Positions 35,980 through 46,468 of a stretch of 64,000 nt of DNA are shown here, one piece after another. Each line of letters opens with the position of its first letter. Position 1 is the first letter of the stretch. The position numbers were made by a program, and so were the translations under genes. The notes under the pieces were generated by a model. The model made no database searches. It saw only the letters and a list, made by a program, of their open reading frames with translations, and had not been told where the DNA came from. Source of the stretch: Cyanophora paradoxa CCMP329 (lineage: Eukaryota; Plantae; Glaucophyta); contig QPMI01000325.1 of NCBI GenBank assembly GCA_004431415.1, forward strand, positions 2,355 to 66,354. The letters are read 5' to 3'.

Positions 35980-36271
35980 CCTGCCAGACCGTCGGATTGC
36001 CGCCCGGCGGCCCGCCTTCGTCCCTGCCCGGGACACCCCCCTGCCCGCGGCCGGCCCCACCAAGTCGCCCCGGCGCCAGCTGCCAAGCGGTTCACGATAC
36101 GGTCCTGTTCCTGCAAAAGGTAACTAAGCCGTTATCGTTACTTGCAAATGCGTCTCGCACGCTCATCACCGCGCTCGACCTCAGGGACGGCGTAGAAGGG
36201 AAATGATCAGAGTATTTACCTCGGACTCTCAAGTTCTATGCAATGATGTGGCATTGTTGCGTGCAGTGTGA

Positions 36272-36377
36272 GGACCCGGGATGATTCGGGGAATCACTAG
36301 CCTCTCGCGAGATGGCCTATTGGTAGAACTGCCGCCTTGACACCCCTTAGTCGTTGGTTCGACTCCGGCTGGGTCCG
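36272..36377 (+). ncRNA. tRNA-like structured element (not a canonical tRNA)
   Basis: GGACCCG (36272-78) pairs with TGGGTCC (36370-76). There is a T-arm GTTGG-TTCGACT-CCGGC, a perfect B box GGTTCGACTCC, an A-box-like TGGCCTATTGG at 36313, and three internal hairpins. Confidence 0.5.
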
Positions 36378-36723
36378 GGTCGCAACGCGTCCATAACAGC
36401 ATATAGCTAGTAGCCGCGTCGCCCCCGGCTCGGCCGCGGCACTGGCAGGTGGTCGGGCCATGTGCCGCGCACGCAAGCGCTGCGGCCGTGGCCACTCTCC
36501 TTCACTGCACGTAGCGGCTTACCAAAACACATGCGCATGCTTAAGCTTACGTACACGCACAACGCATGCACGAACCGATCAAATTCGACTTTCGCGCCGT
36601 ACCCCCGTCCAACCGCAAAGCCCCGCCGAAAGAGCGCGAGCAAGCTGCAGCTGAGGTGGCAGCGCGCATTTGAGTTGGCTGCACAGCCCCGCGGCGACGC
36701 CCGCGGCGGGCAGCCTGCTAGAG

Positions 36724-39631
36724 ATGCAAGAAACCGCTGTGCTCATCTGCGGCTTTCTCTTCACAACATCGGTTGCCATCATAGTATGCTACCGGCTTGC
36801 AGCACCGAACGTAGGGTGGCACGCGCGGATTACCACAATCGTCGCGTGGTCAGCCTCCTACTTCATCATCCTTCTCTTCCCGGCCGACCTCGCGACTGTG
36901 CGCCAGCGGTCCCGCGCGTTCAGTTCGTTAGCTATCAGCGTCCTGATGCGCCGGCAGACGCTCACGCACAACGCGGAAGTGGGGCGGGGAGTGTATGAAG
37001 GAATATGGCGCTTCGCGTGAGCACCGTACTTCCGGCCACGCGCCGATCCCATTTGAGAGCTGCCATGTGCGCAGGTACTGGAACACGCAGATTATGAGTA
37101 ACCTGCTCGTGCCTTTCCAGCAGTCTTATGTGGCGGTCCGTGCCCGGCTGCCGCCTAGCTTGCGCGCGGCCTGTCGGCTGATTCCTTTCCTTTTTGTTCG
37201 TGCTTGCGAACGACTAGGCCGGAGAATTCACCGCGAAGACCAGATTGAAGCGGTTCGGAAAGGAGAACCTGCGGAAACTGATTATCGGCCTCGTTGTCGC
37301 CGTGATCGGCTTCATCATCATCGTCGCAAAGTACCGCTACCTTCTTAAGTTGTACGCGCTTTCCCAAGCTATGAAGGGCGTGTGCGTTGCCCGAACGTCT
37401 CGCGCAGCTCCAGCCTGCTGTCCCTCCTCATCGGCTTGGGAAACATGTACGGACTGGTATTCTGCGTCCTTCTGCTCGGATATGGATGCGTTGAGGTGCC
37501 GTGCCTTGGCAGCATCGGCAGCAGCCCGCGGCGCTCCTCTGACCGGGCTGCCGCCCCAGATCCCGCGGCACCTGTGGTACTACGGGGACATGGACCGCCT
37601 GCTGAAGGCCTCGCAGTACCGCGCGGTTACGGTCGACGCAGCGATCACCGACGCGCGCTCGCGGCTCGCCATGCACAGCAGCGTGCGCGGCCCCGCGGCT
37701 GGCGGCCCCCACGGGCGGCTTGACGACCCCCCCCTCCGCCCCCCCTCCCCCCTCCGTGCAGCGCGCCCTGCAGGCGGAGCAGCTGATCCCCGAGGGTCAT
37801 GCGCTGCGCCGGTACATCGACGTGGTCGTGAAGAAGGTGCGCCGCGCCCTGCCCCCGCTGCCCCCGCCTCCCGGCTCCCCCGCCCCCCCCCGCGTGCCGG
37901 CGCCGAGGGCGGGCGCGGGGCAGATCCCGTCGGACTTCGACCTGGACAGCGCGGCGAGCCTGATGGACGCGAACGAGATGGCGCTGGCGACGTGGCGGCA
38001 GGACGACAACACCTTCCCGAAGCTCGTCCAGCTCCACCGCGACATGAAGGACGCCGTCCTCTCCTACATCCGCGCCAACAAGTGCCGCCCCCGCCCTCGC
38101 CCCCCGGCCGCCCCCCCCGCCCCCGGGGCGGAGGCCGAGGGGGCGGCGCAGCGAGTGGACGCTGCTGGTGGGGGACGCGGTGGAGGCGCAGGACGTGATC
38201 TCCAACAGCGGCAACACCACGAAGATCTTCCACTCCTCCGTCCGCCCGCAGCGCGTGGGCAACCGCGCCGCGCTCGACGGGCTCGAGTGGTGGTGGAAGT
38301 GCCGCCTCCGGCAGCCGCTCTGCCGCGGCGTCGCCTGCCTCTTCATGCTGATGTCGGTGATCGTGGTGTGGAGCGAGGTCACGATGTTCACGACGCGCTC
38401 GCTCTCGCCGTTCGGGCTGCTGCTCAGCCAGGGCGAGTCGTTCATGGCGGTGCAGATGATCGCCGCCCTGCCCCTCGCCTACATGGTCGCCTGCGCCTAC
38501 TTCACCCTCTACAAGATCCGCCTCTTCTCCCTCTACCAGCTCCACCCCAACCGCCAGACCGACGCCTACTCCCTCCTCTTCAACGCCGGGTCCGCCCCGC
38601 GCCGCCCCGCCCCGGCGCCCCGCGCCGCGCACGGGGGGCCGACTCGTCGTGGCAGGTACGTGGCGCGCATCAGCTCGGCGCTCTGCTACAACTACATCAA
38701 CATGCTCAACCTGAGCGACGACCTGCCCCTCACCGGCTTCGAGCGCGTGCGCCCGCCCCGCCCCGCCCCGCCCGGCGCGGCGAGGCGCGGGGCCGACGCG
38801 GGGGCCGGGGGGCAGATCATGGGCCCGGCGCTGCGCTTCTTTGGGTCCTTCTCGGAGGCGTTCAACTTCTACTTCCCGATGTTCATCGGGGTCTTCTTCG
38901 TGCTGAACGTCTTCAACGTGCCGCGGCGCATCCTCGCCCGCTTCGGCCTCTCCAAGCTCCTCACGAACACCGTCATCGACGAGGACCAGCTCGAGGAGGG
39001 CGCCCGCCTCCTCGCCCAGGGTGCCCCGCCCCGCCCCGCCCCGCCCCGCCCCGTCTCACCCCCGCCCCGCCCCGCCCCGCCCCTTGCCCAGCCCGGCGCC
39101 AGCAGGAGCGCCACGCGGCGAGCGGCGGGAAGCGCGGGGTGCGCGGCCGGCCCCTCCCCGCCGGCGGGGCGGCTCGAGCCGGGGCGCAGCACGGGGGGCG
39201 CGGGGCGCGCGGGGGACGCCGAGCTCCGCCTCCGCCTTCACGTACGACCGGTGCGCGCTTTGGACGGGGCGGGCGGGGCGGGGCGCGGGGCGTGGCGGAC
39301 GGGGCGGGGCGCAGGCACCCGTCGAGCTCGCCGGCGATGCTGCTCGACGACGGGGACGACCTGCCGCGCGACGCCAGCATCGTGCGCCCGCCCCGCCCCG
39401 CCCCCCCCCGCCCCTGAGCCCCCGCAGCTCTCCATGGCCTCCACCCTGAGCACGACCCCCGTCCCGGAGACCCGCTCCGCCCTCGGCTCCCTCTCCGCCA
39501 AGTTCAGCAGCGCCCTCGCCAAGACCAAGCAGGGCCCGCCCCGCCCCGCCCCGTCCCGCCCCGCCCCGGCCCTCACCGCCCCCGCAGGCGGCTTCTTCAC
39601 CTTCGAAAAGTTCGGGGGCGGGGGCTCCTGA
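36724..39631 (+). CDS. LMBR1-domain membrane protein (LMBRD2-like)
   Basis: Multiple hydrophobic helices; ILLFPADLA, WRFAYWNTQI, VPFQQSY, LLGYGCVEIPRHLW, YQLHPNRQTDAYSLLFNA, LCYNYINML, FNFYFPM. Confidence 0.9.
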
Positions 39632-39831
39632 ACCTCTTTCCTCCCTCTCGCCCTCCCCGCCACTACCCCGCCCTCCCCTTCGCTACCTCCGGCCACGTTT
39701 CGTCCCACCCTCCGTCTCATCTTCCTCCCCCCGCACCCGTACCCTCCCGATCCCCCACGCGCCCCCGTCTCATCGTCTAATTGAATTATCTTTTGAGCAT
39801 CGAAACTTCCATAGGAAGCGCTGGCGACGCT

Positions 39832-40471
39832 TCAGGCGCCGCGGGGCCCCGACTCCGAGCGGCCCTTGCCCTGGGTCTCCACGCCGCGCGTCTCCTCCTC
39901 GGACTCCTCCAGCTGCTCCGCAGCCGACTGCATTCCCTTCTCGACGTGCTCTTTGATGTGCTCCCACGCCTTCGGGTCCAGTGCTGCACGGCCGCTTCAG
40001 GCGTTCGCGTTCGCAGAGGCGGGCGCCTCTAGCATGCGCACCTCGCCCCCGGTGTTTCCACGTCGAGGTGGCGATGAAGCGGCCGTGAGCGACGGGATCA
40101 GATTCGGGGTCCGGTTCAAAGAGCGAACTCCAGGCCTGGGCGCGTTCAAAAATGCCAAGCAGAGATGTAAAAATTAAAAAAGCGATTGAGCGCGTGCACA
40201 CGTCGAGGAAAGCTGTACGGCCCGCTTCCGAGACTTCTCGCGGTGCACATAAGCGTCAGTGCTGCGGCGACGGCGAAGTTCTCTATCAATGGAAATACGG
40301 CGCACTCTTTCTTCGCGCTTCGTGCGAGAGGTCGGCAACAGCGTGTGCCTCTTTCCGCACGAAGTCCTCCGCCGCGCGCTCGAGCTCGCGCAGCTTCTCG
40401 CCGGGGCCAGACGCGAGGCTGCGGCGGACGCGGAGCACCCCGCGCGTGCGTGCTGCGGCGCGCGAGAGCAT
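39832..40471 (-). CDS. Hypothetical ~145 aa protein with mitochondrial-type presequence
   Basis: MLSRAAARTRGVLRVRRSLASG..., with three inferred introns and a last exon LDPKAWEHIKEHVEKGMQ... The first acceptor is uncertain. Confidence 0.5.
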
Positions 40472-40650
40472 TCTTCGTTCGGTACAGGGGTACAGACGTG
40501 TGCAGGGGGGTAAATACTGCCGACCTCTGTCTCGTGGCACGCGGCGCGTCGACATCGATCAGAACGTGATAAGGTTCGTTTGAGTGCGCGCACAGGGATA
40601 GCGAGAGAGCACGAGCTGTCGCTGCGGGGGATCGGGGGAGCGGGAGAAAA

Positions 40651-41723
40651 ATGCCGTCAGCGTTCGTCTTCTCCGTCCAACCAGCGGCGTTGGTCCCTTC
40701 AGCCCCGGCCCTCTTCTTGCGTCCCGCCGCTTTGTCTGGAGTCCGGCGCGTCGCTGCGCCAGCCATCGCCTTCCACGGGCGCCGCGCGTGGCTCGGTTCG
40801 GCCGCTTGGCGAGCCCGTCCGGCGCACGGGATTTCCGCCGGCCCCTGGGTATTCGATCGCCGACGCTCGCTCATCAGCTGTCAGCAGCAGCCGTCGATGG
40901 CGTCCCTAATTCCTGGCGACGCGGCGCCGGCGTTTGCCACTGTCGATCAAGCGGGTGCAGCGCGAACTTTGGACTCGCTCCTCGAGGAGAGCGGCAAGCT
41001 CCTGTGTCTTTACTTCTACCCGAAAGGTGCAGCGTCCCCGTGCGGCCGCCGTTGTTCGCGCTGACGCCCGGGCTCCAGACGACACGCCGGGATGCACGAA
41101 GGAGGCGTGCGGCTTCCAGTCGCTCGCGGCGAAGCTGCGCGAGGCGGGCGTCCTCGTGGCGGGGTGCAGCCCCCAGAACGAGGCCTCCAAGGCCAAGTTC
41201 AGCAAGGTGCCACTCCCCGTCTCGCGCCCCGTGCGCCGCGCGCGCCTGACGCCAAGGGGTCGCCAGAAGTACAAGCTGAACGACGTGATCCTGCTGGCGG
41301 ACGAGGAGCACGCGATCGCGGAGGCGTACGGCGTGTGGCAGAAGAAGAAGTTCATGGGGCGCGAGTTCATGGGCGCCCTCCGCTGCACCTTCCTCGTCGA
41401 CAAGGAGAAGAAGATCGCCAAGGCGCGCCCGCGCGCCGCTCGCCGCCACGGCGCCGCGCCGGCCTGACGGCGGGCGGCAGGTGTACAGCAAAGTGTCGCC
41501 GGCGGAGCACGCGGCGGAGATCCTCGCGTTCGCCTGCGGCGAGGGCGGCCCTGCGGCTGGCGGCGAGGGGCAGGGCGGGGGGCCCAAGGCGCGGGCGAAG
41601 CCGGGGGCCAAGCGGGGCACGAAGGCCGCGGCGGCGGAGAGGGCGGCCTCTGACGGCGAGGCGCAGGAGGAGCCGGCGGCGAGCGGCGCCAGGCGGAGCA
41701 AGCGCACGAAGAAGGCCGACTAG
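40651..41723 (+). CDS. PRXQ: Peroxiredoxin Q / BCP with putative plastid transit peptide and basic C-terminal tail
   Basis: LYFYPKDDTPGCTKEACGF (CxxxxC), LLADEEHAIAEAYGVW..FMG..RCTFLVD; 3 introns; N-terminus MPSAFVFSV. Confidence 0.94.
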
Positions 41724-41732
41724 GCTGCGCCC

Positions 41733-42212
41733 ATGGCCTCCCCCTCCGCCCTCCTCCGCCCCTCCCTGCGCTCCGCCTTCCTCCGCCCCGTCCCGCGCCT
41801 CGACCTCCTCCGGCCCGCCGTCCGCCCCGGCCGCCCGCCATTCTTCGCCAGCCCCGCCCCCGCCGCCCTCGTCCCCTCTGCCCCGCGTCCCCCGGGGGCG
41901 CTGGGGACGGGCCCGGCGACGAGCGCGTGGCGGGCGCTGTCGGGGGGGACGGGTCGGGGGGCGGGGAAGCTGCGGTGGGGGGACTACGCGGCGGTGGCGG
42001 AGGCGCTGGACGAGGCGCACCCCGACGCAGACCTCCTCCGCATCCGCTTCCCCGAGCTGCGCGCCTGGGTCCTCGCCCTGCCAAACTTTGGGGACAACCC
42101 GGCCTTGTGCAACGAGGGGCACCTGGAGCAGATCCACGTCGCCTGGATGGAGGAGCGCGGCGTCGACCTCGACTACGAGCCCCTCGAGCCCCCCGCCCCC
42201 AAGAAGCCCTGA
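41733..42212 (+). CDS. iscX: Fe-S cluster assembly protein IscX/YfhJ with organellar presequence
   Basis: LRWGDYAAVAEALDEAHPDADLLRIRFPELRAWVLALPNFGDNPALCNEGHLEQIHVAWMEE matches the IscX pattern (LKW.D...I.EAL...PD.D...VRF.D...W...L.DF.DDP..SNE..LE.I...W..E). The N-extension is Arg/Ser/Pro-rich and acid-poor. Confidence 0.9.
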   Translation: MASPSALLRPSLRSAFLRPVPRLDLLRPAVRPGRPPFFASPAPAALVPSAPRPPGALGTGPATSAWRALSGGTGRGAGKLRWGDYAAVAEALDEAHPDADLLRIRFPELRAWVLALPNFGDNPALCNEGHLEQIHVAWMEERGVDLDYEPLEPPAPKKP

Positions 42213-42527
42213 CCACGAGCGCCTCTGTCGCGAACCCTAGGCGCGGCCTCTAGATCTGTCTCGGGCGCCCCGCCGCCGTACCGTGCGATAGATTAGACCG
42301 AGGCCTGTACAGATGTGCCCGCAGCATTCTCGTTTTTGCAGGCCTAGGAGGGCGTGGCGCGTTGGTAGAGGGGCAAGGGGGCGGCTGGGTTGCGCAATTG
42401 CAAGTTCGAATTCAGGCGCCGGCGGATCGGAGCCTTCGGAGGCGCGGCTAAGGACACGGCGAACGAAGAGGGGGTACACGTCCCGCGCGGCTACATAGGT
42501 ACCTATAGCTAGACGCGCCGGATCCGG

Positions 42528-45500
42528 ATGTACCTCGAGAACGTCTACATAGCGCGGTTTAAGAGCTTCCTGGGCGAGCACGAGTGCTCCTTCTCGCCAG
42601 GGCTCAACGTACGCGGCGCCCGCGCCCCCCCTTCTTCCTCCGACTCTGAACGCGGGTGCAGGTCATCGCTGGTGCGCACATCTGCGCTATCGACCCTCTG
42701 CACGACGCGTGTTGCGCTGCTCCTGCTTGTACGCCGCGTCGGATCGTCATCAGCCGATCGCAGCAGCGAGCAGCATCACCCGGCCTGGCCCGCGCGTATA
42801 CGTAGCGCGCTGCCAATTCTGGCCACGGGCGAGCAGCCATTTGCAGCAGCATCATCCGCGCGCGTAGCGCTAGCGCGCTGCCGTTCTGGGCGCGCGAGGC
42901 TGACTGGGCGATGCTCGTGCAGGTCCGAATGGATCCGGAAAAAGCAACGTTTTGGACGCCATTCGCGTCTGCCTGACGGAGGACGTGTCGGGGCTTCGGG
43001 TCTCATCTCTGAGAGACCTCATCGCAAAGGCGCCGGCGACCGCGAAGGGCGAGGATTCGAGCGCGATGGTCACGGTGACGTTCGACAACGCTGGGCGCAA
43101 GTTCGCCGCGCAGGGCCTGACATCCGACAAGTATGCGATCACCTGCACGCTCACTCCGGAGTCCCGCACGTTCAGGCTCAACGGGCGGCAAAAGAGCCAG
43201 AAAGGTCCGCCCGGCTAGCGCGGCCTCGCGCCAGAGCGTGGAGCTTACTGCCGCGGGCGCTGCAGAGCTGCGCGAGTGGCTGAAGGCGATCGGGGTCGAC
43301 GTCGAGAACCCGGCCTTCCTCCTGCAGCAGGGCTCCGCCTCCAGCATCCCCACCCGCGAGTGCGCGACGCGCCGCCGGCCGCGGCCCCCTGGCAGCTGGC
43401 AGCGCAGGGCCCACGTCGCGGCGCAGGCCCAAGGAGCTGGCGAAGTGGATCGCGCTCGTCGCGGGGACGGCGCTGTTCCAGGAGAACGTCGCGCGCATGC
43501 GGAGCGAGCTCGCGCGCTGGAGCGAGCTCGAGCGCTCCAGCCTCCGCAACATCGGCGCGGCCGCCCCGCCCTCAACGCCGCCCGCCGCCCGAGGCCGCGG
43601 CGTCCGCAGCGGCGCTGGAGGCGTCGCTGGCGAAGGAGGCGGCCGAGGCGGGCGCCCAGGCCCGCCTGCACGGTCCGCCCCGGTCCCCTCTGCCTCGCCG
43701 CCGGCCCACCCCGCGCCTCCGCAGAGCTCGAGGAGCTCATCGAGGCCGGCGAGCGCCGCCTCCTCCTCGCCCGCCGCCTGCGCGCCCGCGCCGCCGCCGC
43801 CGCCGCCGCCGCGAGACGGCGCTCCCTCTCCGCCCTGCGCCTCGAGAAGGAGGTGCCGCGCCGCGCCCCACGCCCCTCGAGGCCCGTTGGACTCTCCGCA
43901 GCGCGAGGCGGCCGCGAGCGGCGCGGAGGCGAAGGCCCTGGAGGGGCGGCTGGGGTCGGAGGCGGCGGCGGAGGAGGCTCGCTCCCGGGCCATCGCGCCC
44001 CTCGTCGAGCGGGCCGCTGCGCTCCGCGCGGTGCCCCCCGCCGCCCCGAGGAGGGCGCATTCCCTCAGGCTCAGCGGCTTGGGCAGGCGGCGCAGGAGGC
44101 GGAGGCGGAGCTCGAGATGGAGCGCGCCGACGCCGCGCGCGCCGCGGCGGCCTCCGAGCGCCTCTCCAGGGTCCGGCCTCGGCTCCGACGCCACCGCATG
44201 CGCCCCGACGCGCCACGCAGGAGCTGGAGAAGGCGCGCGGGGAGCTCGCCCGGCAGCAGGCCGCCGCCGCCTCAGCCGCCGACCGCGCTGCCGAGCTGCG
44301 CGCCAGCGCCGAGCGGTGCGAGGGGCGCGGCGGATGCTGTCCAGCAAACGCGAGGAGATTGACGGGGCCAGAGCAGGCTGCGGGGGGAGGTGGCGGGGGC
44401 GGAGGAGGCGCTGCGCGAGGTCGAGGCCGCAGCCGACGTCGGTGCGCGCCGCCCGCGCCGCCCCGCGCCGCGGCGCACGATCGCCGCCCGAGGGGGCGGG
44501 CAGCGGCGGCGGTGCGGAAGCGGCGGGAGGCGCTGCAGGCGGCCCTCCAGCGCGAGGCCGCCGCCGAGCGCGCCGCCTCCGCCGCCGCCGTCAGCGTGCG
44601 CCGCCGCGCGCCCGTGTTCGACCGCACGCGGGGCCGCAACGCAGCGCGCAGGCCGAGCGGGCGGCGCGGCATGCGGAGAAGGCCGCGCAGGAGCTCCACG
44701 CAGAGGCCGAGCGCCTGGGGCGGCGCGCCGCGGAGGCCGCCGCCGCCGCCACCGCCGCGGAGAAGCGCGCAGAGGCGCGCGGATACGAGGCCTCCGCGGC
44801 CGCTGCGGTGCCTACGGCTCCGCCGCTGCGGCGCACTCGTGGTGCGACGCCGGGCGCAGCGGGCGGAGGCGGAGGCGGCGGCGGAGCGGGTGCGGGCGGG
44901 CGGGAGGAGCACGAGGCGGCGCTGCGCGAGGCGGCGAAGCACGCGCGGGAGCTCCGGTGAGGCCCCGGCCGTCCCGCACCGCGCCGCCCCGCGCCAAGGC
45001 GTGCAGCGTGGCGCGGCTGCTGCCGGCGGGGGACCCCACCGACGCCGCTGTGCGCGCGCCGTCTGCGATAGCCCCGCGCGCCGGCCGCCCGGGCCTCCGG
45101 CACCTCGAGCCGGCCGCGCAGGCCCCGCCCCTCCTCTCTCTGCTCCGCCTGCGGAAGGAGGCCGAACCGCACCTGCTCGCCCTCAACGTTGGCGCGCCCG
45201 CCCGCCGCCCCGCGCGGGGCGCGCCGGGCGCGAGGGGCGGAGGGGCAGCCGGGGCGGGGAGCTGGCGGTGCGCGTGGCGGCCGACTCGCGCCCCGTGGAG
45301 GCGATGCTGCGCGACGCCCGCCGCTACGGCCGCGCCCTCCGCATCTGGCCCCTCGGCCCGCCCCGCCCCGCACACTTGCCCGAGCGGAGGCCGGCGCGCG
45401 GGCGCTCACGGGGCGCAGACCGGCTGGAGGCGCGAGACCGGCGCGGGGAGCAGGGGCGGGCGCGGGGCCCCGGGGACGCCCTGCCCCTCGAGCTGCTCGA

Positions 45501-46437
45501 GTTCCGCCCCGAGCACGAGCGCGCCCTCCTCCGCGCCTTCGGCGGGTGCCCGCCGCCCCTGGAGCCCGCTGCCCGCGTCGCGCCCCGGGCGCGAGCCGGC
45601 GTGCGATGGCGAGCGCAGGTGGGTGCTCGCGGGGGACGACGCCGCCGCCGCCGCGCTCGGCCTCCGAGGCATCCCCGCCGTGTCCGCCGCCCGCTCCCGC
45701 GGCCTGCTGCAGGGGCCGCGTGAATGACTCGCTGGCTTCGCTTCGCAGGGCGCCGGACGGGACGCAGCACCGGGCGGGGGAGCTGACGGGGGGCTCCCGG
45801 GGCGAGCGGGCCAACCCCCTCCGCACCAAGTTCAGCCTCGACCGCGCCACCGTCCGTCCCGCGTGTGCCCGCCCCGCGTCCTGGACCGAGCGCTCTTCCA
45901 CACACGCAGGAGCGGGCCGAGGCGCTGGCGGCTGAGGTTGCGACGCTAGAGGCAAGAGCGGAGGAAGCGAGCGGCCGCCTCGCGGCGGCACGCGCTCGGG
46001 AGGCGGAGTGCACCTCCGTCCGCCGCGCCGCGGAGGAGGCGGCGACTACGGCAGCGGAGGCGGAGCGGAGGGCGGAAGCGGAGCGGGAGCGGGCGCAGGG
46101 GCTCCGGGAGGAGGCGGCGCGCAGCGCCCAGGAGGCTCGCGCCGCCGGCGAGCGGCTCCGGGCGGCCGAGGAGCAGCTGCGGGGGATGGAGGGGCCGGAG
46201 GGGCGGGGCGGGCCCAAGAACAAGTGCGCGGGGTGGGGCGAGCCTCCGCCAGATCCTCTGCGCTGAGGGGGGCGGCGCAGGGACGCGGTGCTGGGGGCGA
46301 TGCGGGCGGAGCGCGACCGCCTCGCCCGCGCCCTCCGCTCCCTTGCCGGCACCGGCCCGCCCCGCCCCGCCCCGCGCCCGGCGCCTCCTCCCGACGCGGC
46401 GGGCAGAGATCGCGGCGGCGGAGCGGGAGGCGGAGGG

Positions 46438-46468
<31 letters not shown>

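Noticed and set aside
36115-36235. Minus-strand RNase P/MRP (GAGAGTCCG..CGGCTTA) or U3 (GATCATTTC) motifs
   Set aside because: The spacing is too short, with no P1 helix or terminal box D. Probably coincidental, pending cmscan.
36272-36377. Canonical tRNA-Sec, tRNA-Ser(TGA) or tmRNA
   Set aside because: There is no UCA in a proper anticodon loop, the D and anticodon stems fail in the Ser register, and there is no G3:U70 pair or tag ORF.
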